A stretch of DNA of 32,000 nt from a cyanobacterium endosymbiont of Braarudosphaera bigelowii (GTDB lineage: Bacteria; Cyanobacteriota; Cyanobacteriia; Cyanobacteriales; Microcystaceae): positions 1-32,000 of the forward strand of contig NZ_AP024987.1 in assembly GCF_020885515.1 (NCBI RefSeq). The letters are read 5' to 3'. Positions 1 to 9,851 of the stretch are shown in pieces (within the stretch, counting starts at the first letter, position 1; each line of letters starts with the position of its first letter). Below the pieces are notes generated by a model. It saw only the letters and a program-made list of their open reading frames with translations, was not told the DNA's origin and searched no databases. Made by a program: the position numbers and the translations under genes.

Positions 1-1023
1 ATGCAATTTATTGATCGAGCCGAAATTGAAGTGGAAGGAGGAACAGGAGGTGATGGTATCGTAGCATTTCGAAAAGAAAAATATGTTCCAGCAGGAGGAC
101 CTTCTGGAGGAAACGGAGGTAGGGGAGGTTCAGTTTATTTACAAGCTGTACAAAATTTACAGACTCTTCTCGATTTTCGTTATTCACATTCTTTTAAAGC
201 TGATGATGGAAAAAGGGGAGGACCAAATAATTGCACAGGAGCAACAGGAAAAGATAATATTATTCAAGTTCCTTGCGGAAGCGTGATTTATGATCTCGAA
301 ACTGAAGAAATATTAGGAGATTTGACAACAGATAAACAAATCTTATGTGTTGCTCGAGGAGGAAAAGGAGGGTTTGGTAACAAACACTTTCTTAGTAATC
401 AAAATCGATCTCCTGAAAATGCTTTACCTGGATTAGAAGGAGAACATAAAGTTCTAAGATTAGAATTAAAATTATTAGCAGAAGTTGGTATTATAGGGTT
501 GCCTAATGCTGGAAAATCAACCCTTATATCTTCTTTATCTGCTGCTCGTCCAAAAGTTGCTGATTATCCCTTCACTACTCTGACTCCTAATTTAGGAGTA
601 GTAAAAAAACCTTCAGGAGATGGAACGGTTTTTGCTGATATTCCAGGATTAATTGAAGGAGCTCATGAAGGTATTGGCTTAGGCTATGAATTTCTAAGGC
701 ATATTGAAAGGACTAGTTTATTACTTCACTTAATAGATATCAATGCCGAGGACCCTATTAACAATTATCAAATTATTCAAGATGAGTTAAAAGCTTATGG
801 AAAAGGACTCAACGATCGTTTTCAAATTATAGCTTTAAACAAAATTGATGCTTGCAATCAACAAAATATTGATGCAATAGTAAAACAATTAAATCGATTA
901 ACCAGTGCACCAGTTTTCACTATTTCATCAGTTACGAAAATAGGAACCAAAGAACTATTACAAAACGTTTGGAACTATTTAGATTTAAGAAATAAAAGAA
1001 AAGAATCTTTTATTTCTTCTTAA
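1..1023 (+). CDS. obg: GTPase Obg/CgtA, apparently complete (340 aa; ATG is base 1 of the window)
   Basis: Gly-rich Obg fold at N-terminus (GGTGGDGIVAFRKEKYVPAGGPSGGNGGRGGSV); G1 GLPNAGKST, G3 DIPGLIEGA, G4 NKID; TAA at 1021-1023. Confidence 0.95.
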   Translation: MQFIDRAEIEVEGGTGGDGIVAFRKEKYVPAGGPSGGNGGRGGSVYLQAVQNLQTLLDFRYSHSFKADDGKRGGPNNCTGATGKDNIIQVPCGSVIYDLETEEILGDLTTDKQILCVARGGKGGFGNKHFLSNQNRSPENALPGLEGEHKVLRLELKLLAEVGIIGLPNAGKSTLISSLSAARPKVADYPFTTLTPNLGVVKKPSGDGTVFADIPGLIEGAHEGIGLGYEFLRHIERTSLLLHLIDINAEDPINNYQIIQDELKAYGKGLNDRFQIIALNKIDACNQQNIDAIVKQLNRLTSAPVFTISSVTKIGTKELLQNVWNYLDLRNKRKESFISS

Positions 1024-1053
1024 AACATTACCAACAAGAGTTAAATTAAATGA

Positions 1054-1099
1054 CATTAGTATTTACTATTTTTTTATAAAAAAATAGTAAATACTAATG
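1054..1099. terminator. 46-bp perfect palindrome (CATTAGTATTTACTATTTTTTT-AT-AAAAAAATAGTAAATACTAATG) 31 nt after the obg stop; probable terminator hairpin, symmetric so usable in both directions
   Basis: Checked base by base: position i pairs with 2153-i for every i from 1054 to 1076; pairing fails at 1053/1100. Only 2 G:C pairs per arm; the T-run lies inside the stem. Confidence 0.45.
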
Positions 1100-1287
1100 C
1101 TTGCCGGAAAATATTTATCTTTTAGAACTCTTAAAATAATTAATTGTTAGATCAAATTTTAATATTAAAAATATTGAATATAATAAAATATGAAAAGCTA
1201 CATAAAACAAACTATTAATCTAGAAGGAAATGAAGATAAATTGTGCTAAGTTAGTTTTTGTATTTACAATACCTCTGAGAAGTAATC

Positions 1288-4200
1288 ATGGTTAAGACCT
1301 CTCCTGAGAAACTTTCAAAAGCGTCTAGACATCAAAAATTAACATCAAGATGGAGAAGACTAGTTAACTTTTTTAAAAAGCCTTTCGTCTTATTCTCTAC
1401 AGGAGTAGTTATATCATTAGGAGTTTTGTTTTACAAAGGAACAAACTATTTTATATATCATGAATTATCATTTATCATCTCATCTAGGTTAAGTAAAATT
1501 CTAGAAAGAGATGTGAAAATTGGATTAATTGAAAGTTTTTCCATCAATTCTGTTCAGATTGGAAATTCATCTATTTCTGCAGCAGAAAATAGAGGAGACT
1601 ATATTGATATTCAGAATGCTACTATTACTATAAACTTTTTTACTTTTCTAATAAAACAAACTTTAGATATTGATATTTTCCTTAACAATTCGAACTTTTA
1701 TATTAGCCAAGATAAATATGGAAAATGGGCTGCACTGCCAGAGTTGAAACTACAAGGTAAATTGGATTTACCTATAAAGATCAAGACTAATCTTTATTTA
1801 AATAATGTTAATGTTTTTGTACTTCCTAATAAATTTGAAAATATAACAAAATTTGATGTTAATGGAGAATGGTCATATACATATAACTCAAATGATTATC
1901 AAAAAATAAATTATTTTATAAACATTAGCTCATTAGATAGTGAAATTAATATTGAAGGTCTTACTAATATAAAATCTTGGAAAACTAGAGCAAAAATAAT
2001 AGTTAACAAACTTGTTTTAAATAAATTATTTGCTCTAGGCAATAATTTATCTACTCAGTTGAGTAACGGATTCCTAAATACAGACTTAAATTTTTCCTTA
2101 CCTTCACTAAAAGAAATAGAAAAAACTAAAGGAGTAGGAAGAGTAGAAGTTACCAATTTTATATCAACAATTAAAAATTTAAAATCTCCAATAGATATAT
2201 ATCTAGGCCTTGAGGTTATTGGACAAACACTTAAGTTGAATAAAACTAAAATATTATTTGGAGATACCATAACAAAACTCGAAGGTTCTATTAATTTACA
2301 AAAAGGTTATGATATTCGTATTAATTCTAGCTATTCTCTAACTAATAAATTTTCAGATTTTCTTGTTAATGAATTACAACCAAAATTATATGGAAATATA
2401 AAGAGTGAAATACAATTAACTGGTAAGATTACAAATCCTATTTTTACAGGGATAATTAAGAATAGTGAACCACTATTAATTAAAAATAATTTTGTTAAAA
2501 ATTTCCAAATTATATTTAAGGCTAGTTTAAACCAAATTAATCTCAAGCTTCTTCAAATTCAGACAATTGGAGGAGGAGATATTTTCGCAGCAGGAGTAGC
2601 CTATATAAATTTTTTTAGTTTAATAAACGGAAATAATTTTATAGATTGGCAAACAGCTCCTATGCTATTAGGCTTACAAATGAATCTTCCGGTTGAAAAT
2701 ATTTTAAGTTCTTATTATCAGTTGCCTAAAAACCTTATAGTTGGTGATTTAAAAATCCATGGAGAATTTAAGGGTAATATCGGAAAACCCCAGGGGAAAA
2801 TTATATGGTTTTCTCCGTACATAATAAAAACCACAAAACAACAATTATCTGGACAAGGAATAATAAATTTTGACGGAGAAAATATTTCTCTCAAAGATAC
2901 AGTACTTAATTCTGGTAAAGGAAATCTTCGGCTTGTAGGAATAGGCAATACAAAAAACAAAAAATGGAGCAGTCTAATTGTTGCAAATCAATTTTCTTTT
3001 GATCCACTGATACAATTATCTTGTACTTTAATTACATGCCCCAAAAATCTAACAATTCAACCTATAACTTTACGCAAAGGAACTATTAGATTAACAGGTC
3101 GATTAGATAATTTTATTATCAATAGTGTTGACAGTATAGAAAGGCTCCTATTAGTTATAGGAAATAGCAAAATATATATTAAAACAAAATTTTCCAAAAA
3201 ATATATATCAGGAAATATTTTTCTTTCAGATCTACTACTCAACAAATATTTCTCTTTTTTACCTACCTCTTTGGAAATTAGTCAAAGCAATATAAATTTT
3301 AATGGTTCTCTTGTTAACTTATTTCAAAATAAAATTTCTGGTATTAGGGATTTTAACATTGGTGGAACTATTCAAACGTCTTTAGGGAATAATCCTTTAA
3401 CTACTAATATACAAATTAGAAATGGTATCCTAACTTCTTTTACTAAAGCCAACTATCTTTTTTTTAATTCTCATATTCCTGTTCCTATTTTACCTAATCA
3501 ATTACAAACTAACACTAGTAATATAACCATTACTGGCAATATAAAACCTTTCCTTTCTTCCTTCGGTACGAATCCGAATATTGATAGCTTTAGTGGAAGC
3601 GCTAACATAGAGTTTTTTTTAGATAATAACCCCATTAAGATTACAGGTAACTTAGATAAAGGCACTATACGTGGGGTAACACAAATTTCTAATTTTTCTC
3701 TAGATAATTTTCTTGCTGATTTATCTGTTTCGGACCATAAAGTTAAAGGACAAATAGCTATTTCAAGTAAACTATTACCCTTAATTAGAGAAAAGCCTGA
3801 TCTTACTAGTACAGAAGCTAATATTAGTTTGCAATTAATAGCAGGAAAAGGAAGTGTAAATACGATAACTTATTTAAAAGATAATAAATGGAATTCTAAA
3901 ATTAATGTATTTGAGTTTAATCCAATATTAATTTTGAATAACATCATTCCTAACACGCTAAAAACCAATATTATTAATTTGAACGCTCAAGCAATGTTAT
4001 CTGGTGATATATCAAATTTATTTAACAAAAAAGAAAATTTACTAATCAAAGCTAAAAATATAATCATTCAATCCAAGAAATATAAACAATCTTTGAATGC
4101 GACTGGGGATATCTTTATTTCTAGCATATTTACAAAACCTGATATGGACGCTTATCTTTCCTTAGAAATAAACTCAATCTTTGACAAAATAGACTTAAAT

Positions 4201-7200
4201 CAATTCTTTCCATCAGTTTCTTCTAAAATAAAGCTTCTCACCAAAGAATTACAGTTTAAAGGCAACGGAAGATTTAAAGGAACCTTAATTATAAAAAAAT
4301 TGTTAACCGATATACTATCTGAAGGAAATCTTCAAGTACTAGGAGATTTAATTCTTCAAGATTTTGCTATCAATGAGCAAATCTTTGAACCTTTGCTAAT
4401 AGGCAAAGTTAACATTCCTCTAGGGAAAAACATTTTTGTAGATTTAGAGGGCTCTGAAGATATTATTAAGATGTCTTTGCAACCATGTATTCAGTTAAAG
4501 TGTTCTTTACCATATCTCCCATCATTCTTTACATTGCTTCAAAAATTTGGTTCAGAAACATCAATAACTATACAGAGTAAATTAAAAAGAGACAATATAT
4601 TTATTACTGTTAAAGATCTCCCACTTAACATTTTTAATATACTATCTAGTAAAAACTACAATATATCCAATTACACTTCAGGTTTATTAGATACGAAAAT
4701 TGTTATAAATCCTTTTACTTTAGAGGGAAAAGGAAAACTTAAAATTAAAAATCCCAGTATCGACTTTATTGAAACACCACAGTTGGAAGCCAATATAGCT
4801 TATAAAAATAATATTATTAATTTGCAAAGTATTACTTTAGGCTTGAAAAAAAGTTTGTATCAAGCACAAGTATCAATCAATTTAATATCAGAAGATATTA
4901 GTGGTATGTTAAGTGTAAAAGAAGGTCAAGTAAAAGACTTATTTGCTACATTAAAGATTTTTAATATTGAACGTTTACTTGACTTATTTCAACTCAAACC
5001 TATTGATGACCAAGATATAACAGAAAAAATTCCCGAATCAATAGGTAATGCTGATGCTAATATTGCAGAACAAATTAATTTATTAGCTATTATTGATCAA
5101 GAGATACGTGATCTAGCCGATAAGAAAGAAAAATGGGGAGTTCCTACTGAACTTGATATTCGTGGACACTTTGATACAAATATTATTCTAGGAGGTAATT
5201 TACGTAATCCTAAATTGGATATCACATTAACAGGTAAAAATTGGGAATGGCATTCTCAAGAGCCATATCGTGATGTAATAAATCCCTTAGGTTTAATTAT
5301 TCGACGCCAATCATTTATTCCTATTAACGAAGTGTTGATTAATGCCAAACTTGCAAATGACATTATAAATATTAATCCTGCTTTTATTCAAATTAATGGG
5401 ACTAGTATTGGGCTAGATGGAAAGTTTTCTTTGCAAGAAATTGATGCCAATTGGCAGGTCAACTATTTTTCAATTGATACCATTAAAAACTTTATTAATC
5501 TTCCAATAAATGCCACAGGAGCATTGAATGCATCAGGTTCTATTGTTGGAAATACTTTTAACCCTCATCTCCAAGGTAAATTTGCCTTTGTAGACGCTGC
5601 ATTTCAGGGACAGTCATTAAATTCAACTATTGAAGGGCAATTTAGTTATGAAAATTCACGATTTCAACTTTTGACTAATGAATCATCAATAATATTTACA
5701 TCTGTTAATATTCCATTCATAAATTATGAAGAAAGTAATGAATTCGATATTAATATTCAATTAGATACAGAAGCACTTCAATTATTAAGCATCATCACAA
5801 ATGAACAAGTCTTTTTAACTAGTGGAGAAGGTCAAATTAATGCACAAGCGACAGGTCAGTTAGATGCATCTCAGGGGTTGTTATTATCAGACTTAAGTAT
5901 AGGAGGTTCCATCATTCTTAATGAAACAGTATTTCAGAGTAAGATGCTATCTCAACCATTAACTGTTAGTGGAAAAATTAAAATTAACAAACAAATTATT
6001 GATGTTAAGGAAATACAAGGTAACTTTGCTGATAGTACCTTGAAAATCAGTGGTATTTTGCCCTTGTTTCAACCACGAAAAAATTTAAAGAACCCTTTGA
6101 TTATTTCAATTGACAAGGGAGAGATAAAGTTAGAAGAACTTTACAAAGGTATAGTAGATGGTGAATTGACAATAACAGGTGCAGCTATTCAACCAATTAT
6201 TGGTGGTCAAATAAAACTAATTGATGGACAAATATTTTTACCAACAAAAATAGAGAATCAAGAGGAAACTGTTGCTCAAATTAATCAGTGGGTGAAAAGA
6301 AGATCGAGACAAAATAATACAAACAATCAATTTATTTCTTTTATTCCTGAATTACAAGATTTGCAACTAAGCCTAGAAAATTTATTTATCGAAGTTTTAC
6401 CTTTATTTAGATTTGATTTTGGTGGTGACGTTATGCTTAGTGGATCTTTAACAGACTTTACTTCAGTAAGGCCGGAAGGAGAAATTACTATCAATAAAGG
6501 CTTAGTTAATTTTTTAGATACTCGCTTTTTCGTCGAGCGAAGAAAAGATAATAAAATTGTTTTTGTTCCAGAGAAAGGATTATTAAATCCTAGCTTAGAT
6601 ATCGCAATGAGAGCTATCGTTTCAGAAGTTCCTGATACATCTAGAAACTTTCGTACAGGTGATACTACTGAAATTCCTGATGATAGTTTAAGTAAAGTAC
6701 AAAGAATTGATATCGATTTATCTCTTGATGGCCCTCTATCTCAGCTAATCCCAAATCTAGGAAAGGATATAAATCAAGTTTGTCAAATAAATAATTTACT
6801 TAAGCCGATTCAAAATACTACTCATCTATCTGAAAGAGATCTAGAAACTGCTAGTATCTGTCTACAAGCTATCACGACAAAAGGAGCAGTAGGAGAGCAA
6901 TTATTAAGCAATCCTGTTATTAATTTAACAAGCAATCCACCACGATCTCAAGGAGAAATTGTTCGTTTATTAGGAGAACATTTTTTGGTTTTGGCCGAAG
7001 AATTACAAAATCAAAATACAGAGCAATTATTACAATTTGGAATTGTTCAATTAGCCTTGCCGATGGTATTTCAAAGTTTTATTTATGATTTAGAATCATC
7101 TGTAAATGAGGTCATTAATAGTGCAGATTTTCGACTTGTTCCTTTTTTGGAAACTATATATGAGGTTGAAAATAAGGGTTATGTACGTTTTTCTTATGAT

Positions 7201-7245
7201 TATGCTCTTAATGGATTTCGCATCAAGTACGAAAAGCGCTTCTAA
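1288..7245 (+). CDS. tamB: TamB/DUF490-type translocation-and-assembly-module protein (cyanobacterial counterpart of plant TIC236), 1985 aa
   Basis: Basic N-terminus plus a single signal-anchor helix (FVLFSTGVVISLGVLFY); about 1600 aa of repetitive beta-rich N/I/K-rich sequence; better-conserved C-terminal block (GEITINKGLVNFLDTRFFVERR, LNPSLDIAMRA) ending in an aromatic terminus (FRIKYEKRF). The size and architecture are typical of the family. Confidence 0.8.
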   Translation: MVKTSPEKLSKASRHQKLTSRWRRLVNFFKKPFVLFSTGVVISLGVLFYKGTNYFIYHELSFIISSRLSKILERDVKIGLIESFSINSVQIGNSSISAAENRGDYIDIQNATITINFFTFLIKQTLDIDIFLNNSNFYISQDKYGKWAALPELKLQGKLDLPIKIKTNLYLNNVNVFVLPNKFENITKFDVNGEWSYTYNSNDYQKINYFINISSLDSEINIEGLTNIKSWKTRAKIIVNKLVLNKLFALGNNLSTQLSNGFLNTDLNFSLPSLKEIEKTKGVGRVEVTNFISTIKNLKSPIDIYLGLEVIGQTLKLNKTKILFGDTITKLEGSINLQKGYDIRINSSYSLTNKFSDFLVNELQPKLYGNIKSEIQLTGKITNPIFTGIIKNSEPLLIKNNFVKNFQIIFKASLNQINLKLLQIQTIGGGDIFAAGVAYINFFSLINGNNFIDWQTAPMLLGLQMNLPVENILSSYYQLPKNLIVGDLKIHGEFKGNIGKPQGKIIWFSPYIIKTTKQQLSGQGIINFDGENISLKDTVLNSGKGNLRLVGIGNTKNKKWSSLIVANQFSFDPLIQLSCTLITCPKNLTIQPITLRKGTIRLTGRLDNFIINSVDSIERLLLVIGNSKIYIKTKFSKKYISGNIFLSDLLLNKYFSFLPTSLEISQSNINFNGSLVNLFQNKISGIRDFNIGGTIQTSLGNNPLTTNIQIRNGILTSFTKANYLFFNSHIPVPILPNQLQTNTSNITITGNIKPFLSSFGTNPNIDSFSGSANIEFFLDNNPIKITGNLDKGTIRGVTQISNFSLDNFLADLSVSDHKVKGQIAISSKLLPLIREKPDLTSTEANISLQLIAGKGSVNTITYLKDNKWNSKINVFEFNPILILNNIIPNTLKTNIINLNAQAMLSGDISNLFNKKENLLIKAKNIIIQSKKYKQSLNATGDIFISSIFTKPDMDAYLSLEINSIFDKIDLNQFFPSVSSKIKLLTKELQFKGNGRFKGTLIIKKLLTDILSEGNLQVLGDLILQDFAINEQIFEPLLIGKVNIPLGKNIFVDLEGSEDIIKMSLQPCIQLKCSLPYLPSFFTLLQKFGSETSITIQSKLKRDNIFITVKDLPLNIFNILSSKNYNISNYTSGLLDTKIVINPFTLEGKGKLKIKNPSIDFIETPQLEANIAYKNNIINLQSITLGLKKSLYQAQVSINLISEDISGMLSVKEGQVKDLFATLKIFNIERLLDLFQLKPIDDQDITEKIPESIGNADANIAEQINLLAIIDQEIRDLADKKEKWGVPTELDIRGHFDTNIILGGNLRNPKLDITLTGKNWEWHSQEPYRDVINPLGLIIRRQSFIPINEVLINAKLANDIININPAFIQINGTSIGLDGKFSLQEIDANWQVNYFSIDTIKNFINLPINATGALNASGSIVGNTFNPHLQGKFAFVDAAFQGQSLNSTIEGQFSYENSRFQLLTNESSIIFTSVNIPFINYEESNEFDINIQLDTEALQLLSIITNEQVFLTSGEGQINAQATGQLDASQGLLLSDLSIGGSIILNETVFQSKMLSQPLTVSGKIKINKQIIDVKEIQGNFADSTLKISGILPLFQPRKNLKNPLIISIDKGEIKLEELYKGIVDGELTITGAAIQPIIGGQIKLIDGQIFLPTKIENQEETVAQINQWVKRRSRQNNTNNQFISFIPELQDLQLSLENLFIEVLPLFRFDFGGDVMLSGSLTDFTSVRPEGEITINKGLVNFLDTRFFVERRKDNKIVFVPEKGLLNPSLDIAMRAIVSEVPDTSRNFRTGDTTEIPDDSLSKVQRIDIDLSLDGPLSQLIPNLGKDINQVCQINNLLKPIQNTTHLSERDLETASICLQAITTKGAVGEQLLSNPVINLTSNPPRSQGEIVRLLGEHFLVLAEELQNQNTEQLLQFGIVQLALPMVFQSFIYDLESSVNEVINSADFRLVPFLETIYEVENKGYVRFSYDYALNGFRIKYEKRF

Positions 7246-7293
7246 AGAAATTTACTTGTTTCAAAGTTTTAAAAGCGCTGCTTATAATAATAT

Positions 7294-7860
7294 TTAGGTG
7301 CGAGAAAAAGAAACTATCCAAGTACCAACATAGACTCTAAGTGGAATTTGTCCAGATGTTAAAATATCACAAATAAAATAATAAGTACCAGAACTAGGAT
7401 TTTTAAGATTCGAAAATACAAGTTCAACTGAACTTCCTGCTTCAAGATCTTTCTCTAGATCAATTTCCAGTACACGACTTTCTCTATCCCAATAAATTTC
7501 TCTAATTGGAATAGACTTGCCATCAACACGAACATTTACTGACTTTGTATTAAATTTACCATCAAACTTTGGATCTTTAAGATAAGATACAAAGAATTTA
7601 CTAACACCTTGAGTTAATTTTTTTTTTGGCACACGTAATCTCATACGTTCACCATAAAATTTAGGACGCCCATTAAAATCAAGCTTATATTCTAAAATGT
7701 CACTACGATTTTCTATACCACTAAAAATAACTAATCCCGAATTTCCATTAGCCATAGAAAGATTCGGAAATAAAGTAAACAAACATCCAGATAAAGCTAA
7801 AGATGCTAATACTTTAGAATGTTTGAAAATTTCTATTGTTAAAGTTTTTACTGTTTTCAT
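7294..7860 (-). CDS. Secreted cyanobacterial protein of unknown function, DUF2808-like (from memory of the family pattern)
   Basis: Signal peptide (MKTVKTLTIEIFKHSKVLASLALSGCLFTLFPNLSMA). C-terminal pattern NLKNPSSGTYYFICDILTSGQIPLRVYVGTW resembles the NPxxGxYxF...G.W block I associate with DUF2808. The ORF extends to 7905, but the ATG at 7860 (MKTVK) gives a sensible signal peptide. Confidence 0.55.
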   Translation of the reverse strand: MKTVKTLTIEIFKHSKVLASLALSGCLFTLFPNLSMANGNSGLVIFSGIENRSDILEYKLDFNGRPKFYGERMRLRVPKKKLTQGVSKFFVSYLKDPKFDGKFNTKSVNVRVDGKSIPIREIYWDRESRVLEIDLEKDLEAGSSVELVFSNLKNPSSGTYYFICDILTSGQIPLRVYVGTWIVSFSRT

Positions 7861-8002
7861 ATGGAACTTATTGGATAAGTATTTCTTTTTAGTACAGGAT
7901 AGCATTACATTAATTAATCATGATGTAATAATAAAATGACTAATAGATTTTTCTTGAATTAATTATCATTAGTTAAGTTAAGAAATTTTTCTTTTTACGT
8001 AA

Positions 8003-8038
8003 TCAAGCTTAAATTTTCTGTTATTTAGATAAGCTTGA
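8003..8038 (-). terminator. 9-bp inverted repeat TCAAGCTTA / TAAGCTTGA with 18-nt loop, downstream of the grxC-gshB-DUF2499-DUF3593 gene string
   Basis: Pairs 8003-8011 with 8030-8038 verified. No U-tail on the minus strand, so the terminator role is tentative. Confidence 0.3.
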
Positions 8039-8146
8039 AAGAAACATATTCAATATAAGAACATAAATATATTTATTAATTATGTATAAAAAGAAAGGTT
8101 AAATAGCTTTAAATTTGATTGTTAAAATAAACAAGAGTAATGATTT

Positions 8147-8443
8147 CTACTTTTGTTTACTTCTATATTTAATTATTTCTTCATAAAATCCAAAAACAAC
8201 TAAAGTATTGGACAATGTGAGAAATAATTCAGCTCCTCCATGTAGCCAGTCAATATTAGCTAATTCTTCTTTATATACCATTTTTGCGAAAATACCAGAG
8301 GGAACCGTTATAGCAACAAAAATTAATAAACAATAAAAACCGATTAATGCTAACCTTGGAGTTTCTTTTACATATGTTAAAAACCACAAAAAACCAAGAT
8401 ATGGAAACAAAGATAATAAAAATAGTGTATCTGTAGATAGCAT
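8147..8443 (-). CDS. Small 3-TM membrane protein, DUF3593-like (recalled as the usual neighbour of DUF2499/Ycf49-like genes)
   Basis: 98 aa with three hydrophobic helices (LFLLSLFPYLGFLWFLTYV, ALIGFYCLLIFVAITVPSGIFA, LFLTLSNTLVVFGFY). ATG at 8443. Co-directional and 70 nt downstream of the DUF2499-like ORF. Confidence 0.5.
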   Translation of the reverse strand: MLSTDTLFLLSLFPYLGFLWFLTYVKETPRLALIGFYCLLIFVAITVPSGIFAKMVYKEELANIDWLHGGAELFLTLSNTLVVFGFYEEIIKYRSKQK

Positions 8444-8513
8444 GATAAATTATCTGACTATTTAAAACTTAGTAAAATTAGAGTACATCGTATATTTATC
8501 ATTGATAGATAAA

Positions 8514-8852
8514 TTAACTTAATTTGCTTAATTCCGTATTAGGTTTAGCGATAGATTGAGAAGTAGAATGACGAAAAATATGTCTCCCAGCAAGGCATAA
8601 AGTACTATTACCTAATAAGGTTAATGTTGCTTGTATAGTTACCAACCAATCTAAAGATGGAAGATTGTCAAAAAAATGCCAAATACATGCGCATGCAGCA
8701 CTAGCTAATGAAGGTAACATGGCAAATGAAAGTACCTTCCAATAGTTCCTTTTACTTACTTCTGCATAAGTCCATACAAGCCAGATAGCAATTATCCATT
8801 CAGTTACGCTGGCAATGTGAATCATCCATGTTGGAATTGAAAGTAAAGTCAT
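8514..8852 (-). CDS. Ycf49-like / DUF2499 membrane protein
   Basis: 112 aa. N-terminus MTLLSIPTWMIHIASVTEWIIAIWLVWTY matches my memory of the Ycf49-like signature (SIPTW.IH..SV.EW). Three TM helices. 31 nt downstream of gshB. Confidence 0.55.
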   Translation of the reverse strand: MTLLSIPTWMIHIASVTEWIIAIWLVWTYAEVSKRNYWKVLSFAMLPSLASAACACIWHFFDNLPSLDWLVTIQATLTLLGNSTLCLAGRHIFRHSTSQSIAKPNTELSKLS

Positions 8853-8883
8853 AGTTCAAAGTCAATACATTAATTACAATTTT

Positions 8884-9843
8884 TTATTGAGATACTGCCC
8901 ATTCAATGACTTCTTGGCCTAAATTTTTTTGATCAAGATTATTAATCTCCCTAATACCAGTGGGACTGGTAACATTTACTTCAGTAAGATAGCCACCTAT
9001 CACATCAATTCCTACAAAATATAAACCATCTTGACGTAGTTTTTCTCCTAAAGTTTTACATATATTGTACTCTTGAGAATTAATTTTTGCCTTTTCAACT
9101 CTTCCTCCAACAGCCATATTACCTCTAAATTCTTTGCCAGTAGGTACTCTGTTTACTGCTCCTATAGGTTCACCATTCAATAAGATAATTCGTTTATCTC
9201 CATATCTTGCTTCAGGAAGGAACTGCTGTATCATTACGGGCTCTTGTCCCTGGTATGTACTAATTTCAATAATTGAATTCAGATTAGGATCCTTCAAATC
9301 TAAAATTAAAATTCCTTCTCCAGCTTTACCTCCTAAAGGTTTTAAAACAGCCATCTTATATGTATCTACAAAATTATGGATGGCTTCTTTATCTTTACTT
9401 ACTATAGTTGCTGGCATAAACTGATGAAACTGTAAAGCATATATCTTTTCATTAGCTTCTCTTAATCCTCTAGGTGAGTTAAGAACTAAGGTATTCATAG
9501 GATTAATCATATCTAAAATATATGTTGCATAGAGATAACGAATGTTAACAGGAGGATCTTTCCTCATAAAAACTACATTCATAGTATCTAAACATATTAA
9601 TTCTATTGAGGATATCTCATACCAAGAATAATTTTTAAGTTTTTGTTTTTCTCTAAAAAACGTTGGATTAACCTTTATTTGGGACATCTTTGCCCAAGCT
9701 TTCCCTTTAATAATACTAAGTTTATTAATTTCGGTAATCCATACCTCATGTCCTAAATCTTGAGATGCCTCTATCATGGCGACAGTACTATCATGATTTG
9801 GTTCAAGTTTTGAAATAGGATCAATAATAAATGCTAACTTCAT
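8884..9843 (-). CDS. gshB: Glutathione synthetase (prokaryotic ATP-grasp type)
   Basis: 319 aa. N-domain MKLAFIIDPISKLEPNHDSTVAMIEA; ATP-grasp motifs KPLGGKAGEGILIL, RIILLNGEPIG, GNMAVGG, EVNVTSPTGIREI. Confidence 0.93.
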   Translation of the reverse strand: MKLAFIIDPISKLEPNHDSTVAMIEASQDLGHEVWITEINKLSIIKGKAWAKMSQIKVNPTFFREKQKLKNYSWYEISSIELICLDTMNVVFMRKDPPVNIRYLYATYILDMINPMNTLVLNSPRGLREANEKIYALQFHQFMPATIVSKDKEAIHNFVDTYKMAVLKPLGGKAGEGILILDLKDPNLNSIIEISTYQGQEPVMIQQFLPEARYGDKRIILLNGEPIGAVNRVPTGKEFRGNMAVGGRVEKAKINSQEYNICKTLGEKLRQDGLYFVGIDVIGGYLTEVNVTSPTGIREINNLDQKNLGQEVIEWAVSQ

Positions 9844-9851
9844 TAGTTTAC

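Noticed and set aside
83-286. 67-aa ORF in an alternative plus-strand frame inside obg
   Set aside because: It lies entirely within the well-supported Obg reading frame. Its low-complexity translation has no start context. It is an overlapping-frame artefact.
2055-3245. Four minus-strand ORFs (2055-2270, 2331-2546, 2718-2960, 3057-3245) inside tamB
   Set aside because: These are antisense shadow ORFs of a long AT-rich gene. They are hydrophobic and low-complexity, and none has an independent start signal or recognisable similarity.
7106-7297. 63-aa plus-strand ORF overlapping the tamB 3' end
   Set aside because: It is an alternative frame of the conserved TamB C-terminus and is not independently supported.
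7697-7939. 80-aa plus-strand ORF antisense to the DUF2808-like gene
   Set aside because: It is a shadow ORF. The minus-strand frame has a signal peptide and a family-like C-terminal motif.
9134-9424. 96-aa plus-strand ORF antisense to gshB
   Set aside because: It lies inside the strongly supported glutathione synthetase frame.
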